Source: Octopus vulgaris | Lineage: Eukaryota | Length of the DNA: 64,000 nt | Direction: 5' to 3' | NCBI GenBank assembly: GCA_951406725.2 | Contig: OX597820.1 | Location: 76,260,001-76,324,000 of the forward strand | Shown: positions 12,913 through 26,633 of the stretch, piece by piece | How the letters are laid out: the number at the start of each line of letters is the position of its first letter | Position numbering within the stretch: position 1 is the first letter of the stretch | Position numbers and translations under genes: made by a program | Notes under the pieces: generated by a model | The model's input: only the letters and a program-made list of their open reading frames with translations | Databases searched by the model: none | What the model was told of the DNA's origin: nothing

Positions 12913-13358
12913 TTATATATATATATATACGTATACTTATATATATATACTTATATATATATATACACTAATATAAATATATTCTTATATATATAGTCAT
13001 ATATATATACATGTATACATATATATACTTATATATATATGTATATATATACCTATATACATGTATATAGGTATATATACTTATATATGTATGTATATAT
13101 ATATACCTATGTACATGTATATATATATATATACACCTATATATATGTATATACATGTATATACATATATATATGTACATATGTGTGCGCGTGTGTGTGT
13201 GTAAAGCGAGAGAGGCAAAAACACACTTACGCACACTGAGATCAAAAACCTTTCGATATTCATTGCAACAACAATGAGAAAAATAATTATGACGATGATG
13301 ATGCTACTGCCACTACTACTACTACTACTACTACTAATACTACTACTTAATAATAATG

Positions 13359-13409
<51 letters not shown>

Positions 13410-13941
13410 TAACTGCTTTTCATGAAACAAATATTAAAACAATCTAAAACAGAAGAAATTGCTTATCATCAGCGAACATAAAATTCTGTAGATTTGGTGA
13501 TAAAATCAATCATTCTATTATCATCAAAATATTTTTTTATTGTTCCTTGTTTGTTTTTTTTATTCAGGAAAAAATGGTAATCTTATATAATTTTGCTTTC
13601 ATTGGTGATTGTTTTTTTTTTTTATATCATTAGCCCTGTTCAATCAGAGCATTCCGCTAAGCACAAGTCCCATAAAATAAAATCAACTTAAAAATATCAA
13701 TCACTTGATTATTTTTAATCTAGAGCAGAGAAAAAATACTATGTGTGTGTGTGTGTGTGGAGTGAGAGGAAGAAATAGAGAGAGAGGGGTAGTGAGAGAG
13801 AGAGATCAAGAGAGAGAAAAAGAGAATGAAAGAGAGTGATTAAGAGGAAATGATGTTTTGTGTGAGATAGATTGGACGCTTAGCATTCAATATATATGAA
13901 GTCATTTTATATATATGAGGAAAACAAGGTATTATTATTTT

Positions 13942-13983
<42 letters not shown>

Positions 13984-14012
13984 TATACAGGCACATAAAT
14001 ATATATCTATAC

Positions 14013-14062
<50 letters not shown>

Positions 14063-14145
14063 ATACACACACATATATATACCCGCACACAAATATATGT
14101 CAAAATATATATATGTAAATGTATATACATATATATGCATACATG

Positions 14146-14222
<77 letters not shown>

Positions 14223-14364
14223 ATATATATACATATGTTTATATGTATATATATGTATGTATATATATATATATATACATATGCATATATATATATATAT
14301 ATATACATACAAATATAAACACACACTCACACATATATACACATGTGTGTGTGTTTGTGTATGT

Positions 14365-14429
<65 letters not shown>

Positions 14430-14760
14430 GAAGCGCACGTATTTGTGAGTTTGTATCTCTCAATGTGTTTTGTTCTATCGCTTTTTCCTTGTGGCTGCTC
14501 ATTCTGGTGTCTCTAAATTCCCTCTGATTATCTGTTGTCAGAACTTATTCATAGGTTCAAGTCTGTATTCCACAAACACACTGACTCACAACAGTTTCTC
14601 TCTTTGTCCCTCTCGTCTTCTCCCTATGTGTATATATATATGTATTTGCACGTGAGAATGTATGTGTGTCTATGTCTACATATGTATGCATATACACGTG
14701 TTCGTATATATACTCTCGTATATGTAAATGCATGTGTATCTACATATCTGTGTGTGTCGG

Positions 14761-14812
<52 letters not shown>

Positions 14813-14814
14813 TT

Positions 14815-15165
14815 TTCCTTTTATCATTAGACTGCAGCCATGCTCGGGCACCCTTGATGAAATATTTAGTCGAATGATTGGAATCCAATAATTATTTTTT
14901 TAAAAAATCTTTTACTTATTCTATCAGTTATTTTTGCCGAAACGCTAAGTATAGGGACATAAGCACACCAACACTGATTGTCAAGGCCTGGGGGAATAAA
15001 CACAGAAACAAAGACATACACACGACATATGCACGATGGGCTTCTTTCAGTTTCCGTCTACCAAATCCCCTCAGGCAACGCTTTGGTCGGCCCGAGGCTA
15101 TAGTAAAATAATTTGCCCAAGGTGCCATGCAATGGGAGTGAACCCCGAACTATGTGGTTGGGGTA
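14815..15165 (-). mobile_element. SINE family A
   Basis: Tail and CORE-like segment present in reverse complement. Confidence 0.85.
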
Positions 15166-15542
15166 CATTAAATTGGCCACAAGGACCATACAAAGAAAGG
15201 AAGCTGCGAGCTGGACAAGGACATAATGAGATGAAATGATAGACGATATGATAATAATGAGGGCAACAGCAACACCTGTTCGATATAATCGACTAACTCC
15301 GCTTCAGTTGCTAGCTCTGTGCATAAATTAGAAGGGATCTGTGGGTGCCGAACAGACAGAATCGGTAGCTTGTCGGGAAATGCCTTGCGATATTTGTTCC
15401 GACACATTAAGCTCTGAGTTCAAATCCAATGAGATCATTTCTGTCTTTCATCCTTTCGAGATTGATAAAAAAAAAGTACATACTCGACTAATACCTCACA
15501 AAATTGAAGGCCTTGAATTTAAATGAGAAAGAACTATTATTC

Positions 15543-16262
15543 TTTTCTACTCTAGGTACAAGGCCCGAAATTTTAGTGGAGGGGGCGTCAGTCAATTAGA
15601 TCGACTCCAGTACACAACTGAATGGATGAAAGGCAAATTCGACCTCGGCGGAATTTGAACTCAGCACGTAAAGACAGACGAAATACCTATTTCTTTACTA
15701 CCCACAAGAGGCTAAACACAGAGAGGACAAACAAGGACAGACAGACGGATTAAGTCGATTATATCGACCCCAGTGCGTAACTCAGAACCTGCTAACGTTT
15801 CTACGTGCTACCGTTTCTGCCAGCTCACCGCACGTAGAAAGAATTATTATTAATATCAAACACAAGTTTGCGAGCTGGAGAATGGTTAGTATGCCGGGCG
15901 AAATGCTTAGCGGTATTTCGTCTGCCACTACGTTCTGAGTTCAAGTTCCGCCGAGGTCGACTTTGCCTTTCATCCTTTTGGGGTCGATTAAATAAGTACC
16001 ATTTACGCACTGGGGTCGATATAATCAACTTAAATCCGTTTGTCTGTCCTTGTTTGTCTTCTCTGTGTTTAGCCCTTTGTGGGTAGTAAAGAAATAGGTA
16101 TTTCGTCTGTCTTTACGTGCTGAGTTCAAATTCCGCCGAGGTCGACTTTGCCTTTATCCTTCGGGGTTGATAAAATTAGTACCCGTTATGCACTGGGATC
16201 GATGTAATCGATTAATCCCTTACCCCAAATTTGAAATCTTGTGCTTCCACTAGAAAGGGTTA
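15543..16262. mobile_element. Head-to-head inverted pair of family B SINEs (15543-15828 minus; 15870-16262 plus)
   Basis: Both match 2460-2862, in opposite orientations. Confidence 0.88.
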
Positions 16263-17100
16263 TTAATATCAAACATCAGCTCTTGCATGTAGGATGGATA
16301 AGGGTATCAGTTCAGTTTGTTGTGAAACCCCTCCTGTCGCTTTTTTTTTTCTTAGTCACGTAGCATTTATTGTGCTTGGTGACCTTAGCGGAAGAAGTTA
16401 AGTGGTGGACCTCACTAAAAGTATTGAAAACAGACCCCTTCCCGTTTGGCAAAACCCACCAAAATATTTTTTTCCAGTTCCACTTAAAAAGGTAAGTGAA
16501 GGTGGAACGCAAAGTGCTGCGTTTCAGCAAATTTATTGAAAGGTTGTTCGAAACTAATTGAACTGACCTGCTCTAAATATACAGATGTAGAATGAGACAT
16601 TTAGATGACGAAAAGGTACTTATTCTAGCGATCAGGAGATGTAGGTTTGTGAAGTTACCACGAGCAAACCTCAGAAATTTCCTTGCTTTGGGGAAATTAA
16701 TTCTAGAGATATGTGTTGTTTCAGTTATTGCATGCTTTTATGGAACCACTCTTTGAATGTATTTTACCCTTCTCTGTATCATACTCGGTCGTTTTGTGAA
16801 CCCTTCGTGTAGAAAAAAATCATCATCATTATAATTCTCATTCTTATTATCATTGAAAGACTGAGTTGGCAGAACCGTTACCATGCTTGGCAGGATGCTT
16901 AGCGGTAATTCCTCGGGGTTCACGTTCTAAGTTCGAATTGTGCCGGGGTTGATTTTACATTTCATCTTTTCGTGGTCAATAAAATAAGTACCAACTGAGA
17001 ATTGGGGTCGACGTAATCGACCTCTTCTCTCGCTCGAAACTGTTGGCCTTGTGCCAAAATCTGAAACCAGGGTGGCCACCTGAATCGACTTTGCCTGTCA

Positions 17101-17211
17101 TTCTATCGCGATCGATAAAGTAAGTACCAGTTGAACATTCTACCGCGATCGATAAAGTAAGTACCAGTTGAACATTCTATCGCGATCGATAAAGTAAGTA
17201 CCAGTTGAACA
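17101..17211 (+). repeat. Three tandem copies of a 37-bp unit inside a family B SINE fragment
   Basis: TTCTA(T/C)CGCGATCGATAAAGTAAGTACCAGTTGAACA three times. Confidence 0.95.
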
Positions 17212-18055
17212 CTGGGTTGATTTCATCGATTTAGCCCCTGCCCAAAGCTGCTGGCCTTGTGCGAAAATCTGGAACCATTATTATTATGTAGTGTTAGGTA
17301 AGTATTATTATCACCTGGACTTAAATAACAGAAACAGTAGCAAAGAAATAGTGATTTTAAAATGTCTAGCAGTCCAATATCTACTCGGAAAGATTATTTT
17401 GGTTCTGATTCTTATAAAATACAAATAACAACCACAACAAAAACAATAGTAAAATACAAACTACTTACATTTCAAAACACCTGAAAAGCCTTTCCCTCTA
17501 CCACATTTGATATTTTTCTTCGTAGTTCTTTTGGTTATATTACTAGGGAAAATAAGTGACTTAAGCTAACTTATGGGAGCAGTAAATAGAACAGAAGACT
17601 ATAAAACAAAAGTCTAGCTTTTACACTCCGTTTCTCATAAATACTTTCACAAAAGATAATGACAACTTCGAAGTTTCGTACCATCAAAATGACTCAAGAC
17701 TTACTACAAAGATAAAGTAATAAAAAAACTCTACTTTTGCCAGAACGTTAGAATTATCGTTCTTAGCAAAGAGTTATGTATCATTAAAAGTGAAAATTAT
17801 CGTTAATATCTCTACGATCAGGACGATAAATGACAGAATTATTTAAAGTCCGAACTTATCTCATTTAAATACGTCCATTTACTTTCTGAGTTCAATACCC
17901 ACTGGAATCAACATAATTTCAACTCTTTATTGAGTTTAAGAAAATAAGTACCTGGCAATTATGAAGTCAATTTAATCCATTCTTGTCCCAAACACTCTCA
18001 ATAAAGTGTGTTATTCTGTCAACTTAAAATCAATTGTATTTAAGGTTACACATAC

Positions 18056-18092
<37 letters not shown>

Positions 18093-18125
18093 CATACATA
18101 CACACACGCACACACACATATGTAT

Positions 18126-18171
<46 letters not shown>

Positions 18172-18175
<4 letters not shown>

Positions 18176-18600
18176 AGTGGGTGTGTGGTAAGTACCTTGC
18201 TTACCAACCACATGGTTCTAGGTTCTGTCCCACTACGTGGCACCTCGGACAAGTGCCTTCTACTAAAGCCTCGGGCCAACCAAAGCCTTGTGAGTGAATT
18301 TGGTAGATGGAAATTGAAAGAAGCCCCTCGTGTGTGTGTAAGTACACACACACACACACATATATAAACATATATATGTATATATATGTTTGTGTGTCTG
18401 TGTTTGTCTCTCCAACATCGCTTTACAACCGATGCTGGTATGTTTACGTCCCCGTAACATTAGCGGTTCGGCAAAAGAGAACGATAGAATAAGTACTAGG
18501 CTTACAAAGAATAACTCCTGGGGTCGAATTTCTCGACTAAAGGTGGTGCTCCACCATGGCTGCGGTGAAATGAATGAAACAATTAAAAGAATAAAAGAAT
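18172..18600 (+). mobile_element. SINE family A, full length
   Basis: A-box-like GTGGGTGTGTGGTAAG, B-box-like GGTTCTGTCCC, CORE-like GGCACCTCGGACAAG, internal (CA)/(TA), tail ending (ATAAAAGA)n. Confidence 0.9.
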
Positions 18601-18605
18601 ATGGA

Positions 18606-18930
18606 AGAGACCCCCTTCGGTCATAAATGACCATGAGATTGCACCTAGAAAGTTACCCTCCCAAGCAGAAGTCCGGGCAAAGTTGTTTGTGGAAGGCCAG
18701 TAGTCGCCCCTGTATACCAGCCTCCCCTCTTCACGCCAATAGTGTTATCCAAGGCAAAGGCAAAGGCTGATACAGCTTGGCACCTGTGACGTCGCAAATC
18801 ATTTCTACAGCTGAGTGAACTAGAGCAACATGAAATGAAGTGTCTTGCTCAAGAACACAACACACAGCCCGGTCTAGGAATCGAACTCACAACCTCACCA
18901 TTGTAAGCCCGACGCTCTAACCACTGAACC
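18606..18930 (-). mobile_element. SINE family D
   Basis: Minus strand GGTTCAGTGGTTAGAGCGTCGGGCTTACAA...GAGTTCGATTCC tRNA head; homologous to 9975-10275. Confidence 0.85.
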
Positions 18931-19004
18931 ATATAAGGAAAGTGGAAAATGTAGTAGCACCGGACAAAATGGCTTTCAGTAATGTGTAAACGTAATTTCC
19001 TCGT

Positions 19005-19208
19005 TTATAGTTCTATATTTAACCGATGAGAAATTATGTACATTATTTACATAATTTATATTATTTACATTTGACGGATACTTGTCCTCATCTCGTTTGT
19101 TATATACACAACGTTTCGGCTGATATACCCTCCAGGCTTCATCAGGTGTCTTGGGGAAATTTCGAACCCGGGTTCTCATTCCTAAGGTATTTTTTGATGT
19201 TGTTGATA

Positions 19209-19246
<38 letters not shown>

Positions 19247-19370
19247 GGTCAGCGCTTGGAATCGAAATCGGAATCCTGGGGTTAGTAGGCCTCGCTCTTA
19301 ACCACTACGCCATATGCCCGTGGATGACGACAAATATCTGTCAAATGCAAATAATGTAAATAACGTTCCT
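19005..19370 (-). mobile_element. tRNA-headed short element with (AAT)n linker, hammerhead ribozyme and an inverted tail copy
   Basis: tRNA-like head 19319-19247, (AAT)n, HHR 19149-19106, tail to about 19005; inverted tail fragment at 19323-19365. Confidence 0.75.
19106..19149 (-). ncRNA. Minimal type I hammerhead ribozyme
   Basis: Minus strand ACAC-CTGATGA-a-GcCTG-gagggtatat-CAGcC-GAAAC-GTT-GTGT; stem I 4 bp, stem II 4 of 5 bp, palindromic AACGTT. Confidence 0.78.
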
Positions 19371-20007
19371 CGCATATGTCTTGCTTGAAATTCTCATTGG
19401 ACTGTGAAAGAGCATGGCCTAATGGTTCGAGTGTCACACTCATGTTCGAGAGGTCATGCTTTCGATTCACAGATCGAGTGGTGCTTATGTTCCTGAGTCA
19501 AACACTTCATTTCACGTTGCAATGAGTGACTCTTCAGGAAAAGAATTGTGATTTCAGTCGTTTATATGACATGGAAACCGGGTAACCGACCCTATGGGTC
19601 CTCAGACGCAAGGCAGTAATATTCAGGTACTTATTTACTTTCTTAGTCACTGGATTTCTTGGTTTTCATTCCCCCAAGTGTTTGATAAAAAAGCGTTTAT
19701 AAGACAAGTGTTGCTATCATATCAACTTACTAACGATCCTCCTTTAAAATGAGAAATCATCAATGATATATAACTGCAAAATAAATATAAACAACTTAAG
19801 GGAGCGTTTTGCTTACTAAATGCACATACGGTAAAATCATGCATATGCGACAGAGCGAACGAAAATGCTTCACTCAACTGAGATTATAAAAATCAGATAA
19901 AAACTTCTTATCGCATATGTATATAGAGTTCAGAAGACTTCCTTTCGGTATTTTGTCTTAGTCATATTCATAGTCATTCTCATCATCATCATCATCATCA
20001 CTACATA

Positions 20008-20039
<32 letters not shown>

Positions 20040-20041
<2 letters not shown>

Positions 20042-20170
20042 TTATTGGACGCTCAGGAAAGAAGGAAAGAAGGAGGTTTTAACGTTTCGAGCGGAGCTCT
20101 TCGTCGGAAACAAAGGAAAGATCCAGAGAAGGGAGGACAGAGGGAAAAAAAATCGCCAACGGTACACACA
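20040..20170 (-). mobile_element. Family F short repeat with HHR (U4C variant) at about 20077-20111
   Basis: Minus strand TTT-CCGACGA-a-GAGC-tcc-GCTC-GAAAC-GTT-AAA; homologous to 40370-40568; flanked by (TA)n. Confidence 0.7.
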
Positions 20171-20469
20171 AGATATATATATATATGCATGTATATTATA
20201 TATACATATATATATATATAATATACATATATATATACATATTATATATACACACACATATATATATATATATTCATATATACATATATTCATATATACA
20301 TACATATATATACGTATATATATTTATATATACACATATGTATATTTAAATATACACATATATATATATATAAAACATATATGCATACATATATATATAT
20401 AAACATATATAGTTATATATACATACATATATATGTATATATTTATATATATATATATTTATATATACA

Positions 20470-20510
<41 letters not shown>

Positions 20511-20718
20511 ATATGTGTGTGTGTGAACATGTATGTGTATGTATGTGTGTGTATTTCTATATATTTACACATATATACACAAAAGAAACTGATAGTATAG
20601 CTACCAGATTTGTAAATGAAAAAAAAACGTTCTGAGGCCGATTTGTTCGAATAAACCCTTCAAGGCGGCGCATTGATACGGCCGTAGTCCAATGATCGAA
20701 ACAAGTAGCACATATGCG

Positions 20719-20776
<58 letters not shown>

Positions 20777-21633
20777 CACGCACGCACACACACGCACGCA
20801 CGCCCGTGTGTGTGTGTGTTTGTGTGTCTGTGTGTTCATACGTCCTGTTTATGATTTCAAACTGCATTCGATGCTAGAGTCGTGGTTCACCACTTACAGG
20901 GTTTCGATAAGTATGGGACATTTACGAAAAGCATAGAATGTTTTGTCAATTACTTTTACCGACATGAATACATTAGATTGTTTTATTAAATGCGATGTTT
21001 ATGCCATTAACATATATTACAGCTCATATTTTGACGCGTGCGTAATTGAAGGAAATAACCAACCAACCAAGCTAGGCGTTGAAACATAGAGTACGACGTT
21101 TAAAAAGAAAGAATGTATGATAAAAACTGTCATAAACTCAAGTAACGGCAAACTACGAGATAGGAATCATTTTATCATTGCCTTATATCAACCAGACATC
21201 ATCTGGAAGAAGATAAATGCCATTTAAAATTACTTTTTATATATAGATCTGATGACATGATAGCATATATATATACCATACCAGTGTTGTGCAGTACCTC
21301 TTACATTTGATATAATTAAAGATACTGAGTAAAATCTGCTAGATATCTGACAGGCCATCCTCTTGCCTATCTCAAACTGTTCAAAATTTTGTGACAGTTA
21401 ATTAAGTAGATAGTAAATAGATAAAATTAACTTTTCAGAGTCAATTGGTATAATAATATATGGCTTGATAAAGATATTCATTAACGGATGTGCAAAAATA
21501 TGCTGCAAACATATGCCCTGCATGTATGACCTTATGAACATGCACTGAAATACTCATGTCTGCAGTCTCTAAATAGAACAGCTACGAGACTTAAACACAC
21601 ACATTTTGAGATACTCTCTTTCTCTCTCTTTCC

Positions 21634-21727
<94 letters not shown>

Positions 21728-22172
21728 ATAAAAGGCAGATTTTATCTGCCTCCCTTTGGAGTTATACAAATCTACAATATAGGATTTCTTCAATTACAAT
21801 TTACCTAGCATTTTTGAGAGTACAATGCATCGCGTCATGCCAGGTCCAGTTTTTAAAATTTAAACTCCAATTAAGCAAAATTTACAGAAAACTCACATTC
21901 TGGTGTGTGTGTCAAATGCTTTTCTTAGTCTGGTTTACACCACACGCAAACGCACACACACAGTGGGCAACGAATAAAGTGAATACTAGATGTAATATTT
22001 GTTTCTCTCTATCACGCTGATAGATACATGAGTAAAATGTATGGGAAGCTAACACATAAGTGTGAGTGAAAATGTTCTTGGAAGAGAGTAAATAGCCAGA
22101 GATAGTTAGTAATAAAGTAAACATACACTCATACATACATACATACATACATACATACATACATACATACAT

Positions 22173-22203
<31 letters not shown>

Positions 22204-22268
22204 TACATACATACACACACATACATACATACACACATACATACATACATACATATACATACATACAT

Positions 22269-22299
<31 letters not shown>

Positions 22300-22618
22300 T
22301 ACACACACACAGTATTGAAGCTTGAGAACAATCAGATACATTTGCAGCACATCTGTTGAAAATATTATTGTTCACACACACATATACATATATACATACA
22401 TACAGACAGACAGATAGACACACACACACACACACACACATGATCCAGCATGGCCACAACCTCAAGGCTGAAACATATAAAAGTATAACAGAATATAAAT
22501 GTGTGCATGTGTGTGAGAGAGAGAGTGTGTGTGTATATGTATGTATGTATGTATGTATATATATACATACATATATAATGCGGTTATATATTCAACAGCT
22601 TGTATAAAAGTCAGAGGG

Positions 22619-22658
<40 letters not shown>

Positions 22659-22664
22659 GTGAAT

Positions 22665-22858
22665 ACAAGTGCAAAGAAGAAGAAACACGAAAAAACAATA
22701 ACGCGAGAAGGACGTTGTACATACTGTATTATCTGACGCTCAGGAAAGGAAGGAAAGAGGGTTTAACATTCATCGAGCCTTGCTCTACAGAAATAGAGTA
22801 AAGTCAAAGGAAAGGAAGACGGATCGGGAAGAAAATCGCCAACGATACACACGCGGTT
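22665..22858 (-). mobile_element. Family F copy with decayed HHR
   Basis: GACGCTCAGGAA.GGAAGG...AAAATCGCCAACG.TACACACGCGGT shared with 20040 and 40430. Confidence 0.7.
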
Positions 22859-22984
22859 AAGAAACAATTCCTTCAAAGTGGTGTAAACATCCAATTTACT
22901 GGAAAGGGGTATAATTATAATATACAAATATTAAATGAAATAGAGGAATACCATTGGCAAACTAAAAATATATTTATATTATAA

Positions 22985-23593
22985 CTAGCAGTATCGCCCG
23001 GCGTTGCTCGGGTTTGTAAGGGAAATAACTATAAAGCATTTTTAGAGAGTTACTTCCCTTATATAATAGCAAAAAATGCATTAAAATGGAAAAAAATGAT
23101 GGTAAATTATTTTTTAAATCGTAGACTCATCGTAGACGCGCACTAATACCCAGAAGGGCTCGATATGAATCACGACTATAAGATACCCGGTTTTGGTTAA
23201 ACTGCACCGCAAAATGTGGGAGTAGTTAGAATCTAAATCGTAGGAGACAGACACACAACTTCACTTTTATATATAAAGATTTGTGCAACAACTAAAACAT
23301 TCGAAATTGTTTGCACAGGAAACCTGCCGTCCGTTTTTGTGGATCACAACTTTTTTAGCAGTGTTTTGGCGACTTCAAGCCATGAAGTCGTTGTTCTAAA
23401 AGAACGCTGGTCTCCTTGACAACGCTTTACGACGTTGATTTCCTTACACTCCCTTCCCCACAGCTTCACGAGGGAGGGAAGAAGGGGGAGAAGCAACACA
23501 GGTGCAGGTGTGAGCATGGACGCCAATGGAGTAGTTAGGAATCTAAATCGTAGGAGACAGACACTCACACAACTTCACTTTTATATATATAGA
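22985..23593 (-). mobile_element. Non-autonomous Helitron with two tandem 5' ends (23279 and 23593) and one 3' end
   Basis: Minus strand begins TC(T)TATATATAAAAGTG and ends with hairpin CCCGAGCAACGCCGGG then CTAG; sits between A and T. Confidence 0.8.
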
Positions 23594-23717
23594 TATGATA
23601 TGATATACCATAAAAAATATAATATAACATATTACATGGAATTTCGTATGTTTTTTTTTACCAAGGCCATGAAGAGGCTGGTATACACAGCAATTTTTAT
23701 AATTTCACTACAGTATA

Positions 23718-23932
23718 TTCAATTCAATTCAATTAAATTTTTATTGGCTCAAAAAGCAAAAGCAAGGCCATGTAGGGGGGACAGAGAGGGTGGTCATACA
23801 AAGAGTTCAGGCCATTTCTGGTCAAGAGAGACTTTGAACCGAGCGGTCGTCGGCATCTTCACTATCTCGTCCGGCAGCTTATTCTACGGATCCGCAACCC
23901 GGACGGAGAAAGCCCTCTCCTTCGATTGAGAT
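23718..23932 (-). mobile_element. CR1-type LINE 3' fragment
   Basis: Minus strand RAFSVRVADP*NKLPDEIVKMPTTARFKVSLDQKWPELF, typical of a CR1 RT C-terminus; (TTGAA)n tail. Confidence 0.85.
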
Positions 23933-24596
23933 TGGCTTTATGTGTGTATTTTAAAGATTTGTTATGTTATCTTATATTATATTTTTTATTGCATGTTATA
24001 TTGTATTATAGTGTAAATGAATTCTTAGTTTGTCAATTGCATTTCTGTATTTCATTTGATATATCTATATAAAAGACGAGGCTAAATAATGGTCATTACA
24101 TATTTTCCTTTATTGCAGTAAATTTGACTTACAGCTGTTTCCAGTAATCACTATAGGTTCATTATTGATGGGATTACTCAATCGGCCCATTGATCTGTTG
24201 AGAAAGGCTGAACTATCTTAAAGATTAACGCTACTTTCGACAGAGCGATTTCTGGTTATGACCAGGCTGAACACTGAAAGAAAGATACAGGCATGGCGAA
24301 GAAGATTTGCATGCTTATATAAGAAAGAAAGTGAAGAGGTAATCTGACGAAGGTATTTGTAATTCTCTGGCTCGTATATATGGACGAGGCTATGGATTTA
24401 CATATTATTAGAAAATTTGACTTAGCTGTTTCCAGTAATCACTCTGAGTTCATTATTGATGGGATTACTCAAGCGGCCCATTGATCTGTTAGTCTTGTGT
24501 CCTAACAGAGAGCTTATAAAGTATTTTTTCCGGATTGATAATCCCTCATTAATAAAGTATGTTACACGCGCACACACACACACACACACAAAGAAA

Positions 24597-24638
<42 letters not shown>

Positions 24639-24781
24639 AACACACACGCACACACATATGAATAATAGAAAATGGATTAAGTACTCTGAGTTCATCATTA
24701 TTAATTTAAACATTACAGTCGATTAAACGTCGATTCATCAGTAGAAGCATTGCTGAAATTACAATTATTGTTATTATTTTT

Positions 24782-25210
24782 AGAGTGAGCGAGTAGAGCA
24801 TGCCATCAAAGTGACACTGGAGTAAAATATATGAAGGCCAGTATACCCATCGTGAATACTTGTCTGATACCAAGTACATGCATCGCAGCCATATGTGCGC
24901 GACATAGAGATCGCATATCAAGATAAACAGCGCATGACTTTGCAGGTATAAGGATGTTGAACAAAACACTCATGTTCTCAGATGTGAATTATTCAAACCC
25001 CAAAGAATCCCTCTCAACATATGGCTATGATGCCCCCCCCCCATTACTTCTGCTCGCGATCAGAGATGCACATATCGTCAGCCACTAAGGGACATGCTCA
25101 ACTGGTTACGGTCAAACAACTGACAAGCAATTCTGTAGTATTAAGCAGAATATTTGCTGTAGCCATCTTTTATAGCAAGACAAAGCAATGTAGATGATAA
25201 CACTTCCATT
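24782..25210. mobile_element. Interspersed repeat family E next to (TTA)n (second copy 25862-26050)
   Basis: CATGCCATCAAAGTGACACTGG.GTAAAATATA.GAAG.CCA shared by both copies. Confidence 0.7.
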
Positions 25211-25226
25211 ATTATTATTATTATCC

Positions 25227-25285
<59 letters not shown>

Positions 25286-25544
25286 TAGGCGGCGAGCTGG
25301 CAGAATCATTAGACGCCGGGTGAAATGCTTAGCGATATTTCGTCTGCGTTCAAATTCCGCCGAGGTCGACTTTACCTTTCATCCTTTCGCGGCCGATTAA
25401 ATAAGTGCCAGTTACGCACTGGGGTCGATTCCAGCCACATTGGGGAATTTCGTTTCTTTAGGTGAGAAGGCAGCTGAGTGTTTACTAAAACATATATTTC
25501 ACTGTATATTTAAGAAAACTAAAGGGTGTATAGCCAAATTGAAT

Positions 25545-25611
<67 letters not shown>

Positions 25612-25620
25612 TACATACAT

Positions 25621-25697
<77 letters not shown>

Positions 25698-25800
25698 TAT
25701 ATATATACATATATACATGTTTCGTGTTGACTGTCAGAGAAAAAGAAAACTCGATATTCATATTAGAGATTTATATTAATTTTTATCATTATGCTATTAT

Positions 25801-25849
<49 letters not shown>

Positions 25850-26309
25850 CTCTTGGTGAAGCCTGAGTTCATGCCATCAAAGTGACACTGGCGTAAAATA
25901 TACGAAGCCCAATATACCCAGTCATGACTACCCGTATATAAAGGTAAATACATACATACATATGTGCGCGACATGGTGTGTCATATGTGTAAAAATCATG
26001 ACCTTGCAGGTGGGGCCCAGTTAGAATTTTCTTCAGGTAGTAGCCCATTGCAGAATTATATGCTCACCGTATTAAATTTCTTTTTCATGTTCTGAATTCT
26101 ATTCCCACCGGAGATATCTTCACCTTTTATTTCACCAATGCCTGCATACAAATTCGCTATTACATTTACTGTAAAGAAAAATTAAGAAAAAAATCAATAA
26201 ACAGTATCTAAAAATCCAAGCTAGACATAAATAAAAATTTTAATCCACTAAATGCGTATTTTAGTATCGCAAAAACTTAACTGAATTTTGATATTAGATC
26301 ATTAATGCA

Positions 26310-26543
26310 TCCTCATTTTCGTCCTCTAAAATTTCAAAACTTAATTATGCAATTTATAAATCGTTAAGGAAAGCTAATGATATGCTCGTTTGTTGACCTA
26401 TGTGAATTGAATGGAGATTGCCACTCTCAGTGGAGAGTAAGTAGATTCAATCAAACGAAATCTCGTAATGGATGAGGTCGACACATGTGCATTAAACATC
26501 CAAATTATGATTTCGAAATTACAAACTATCCTGCATGTGGGAT

Positions 26544-26589
<46 letters not shown>

Positions 26590-26593
26590 TGTG

Positions 26594-26633
<40 letters not shown>

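Noticed and set aside
17101-17211. 37-bp repeats as a CRISPR array
   Set aside because: No spacers, eukaryotic context, and the unit is SINE-derived
19247-19319. Functional tRNA gene (also the other SINE heads)
   Set aside because: Acceptor and anticodon stems pair poorly and the heads continue into repeat bodies
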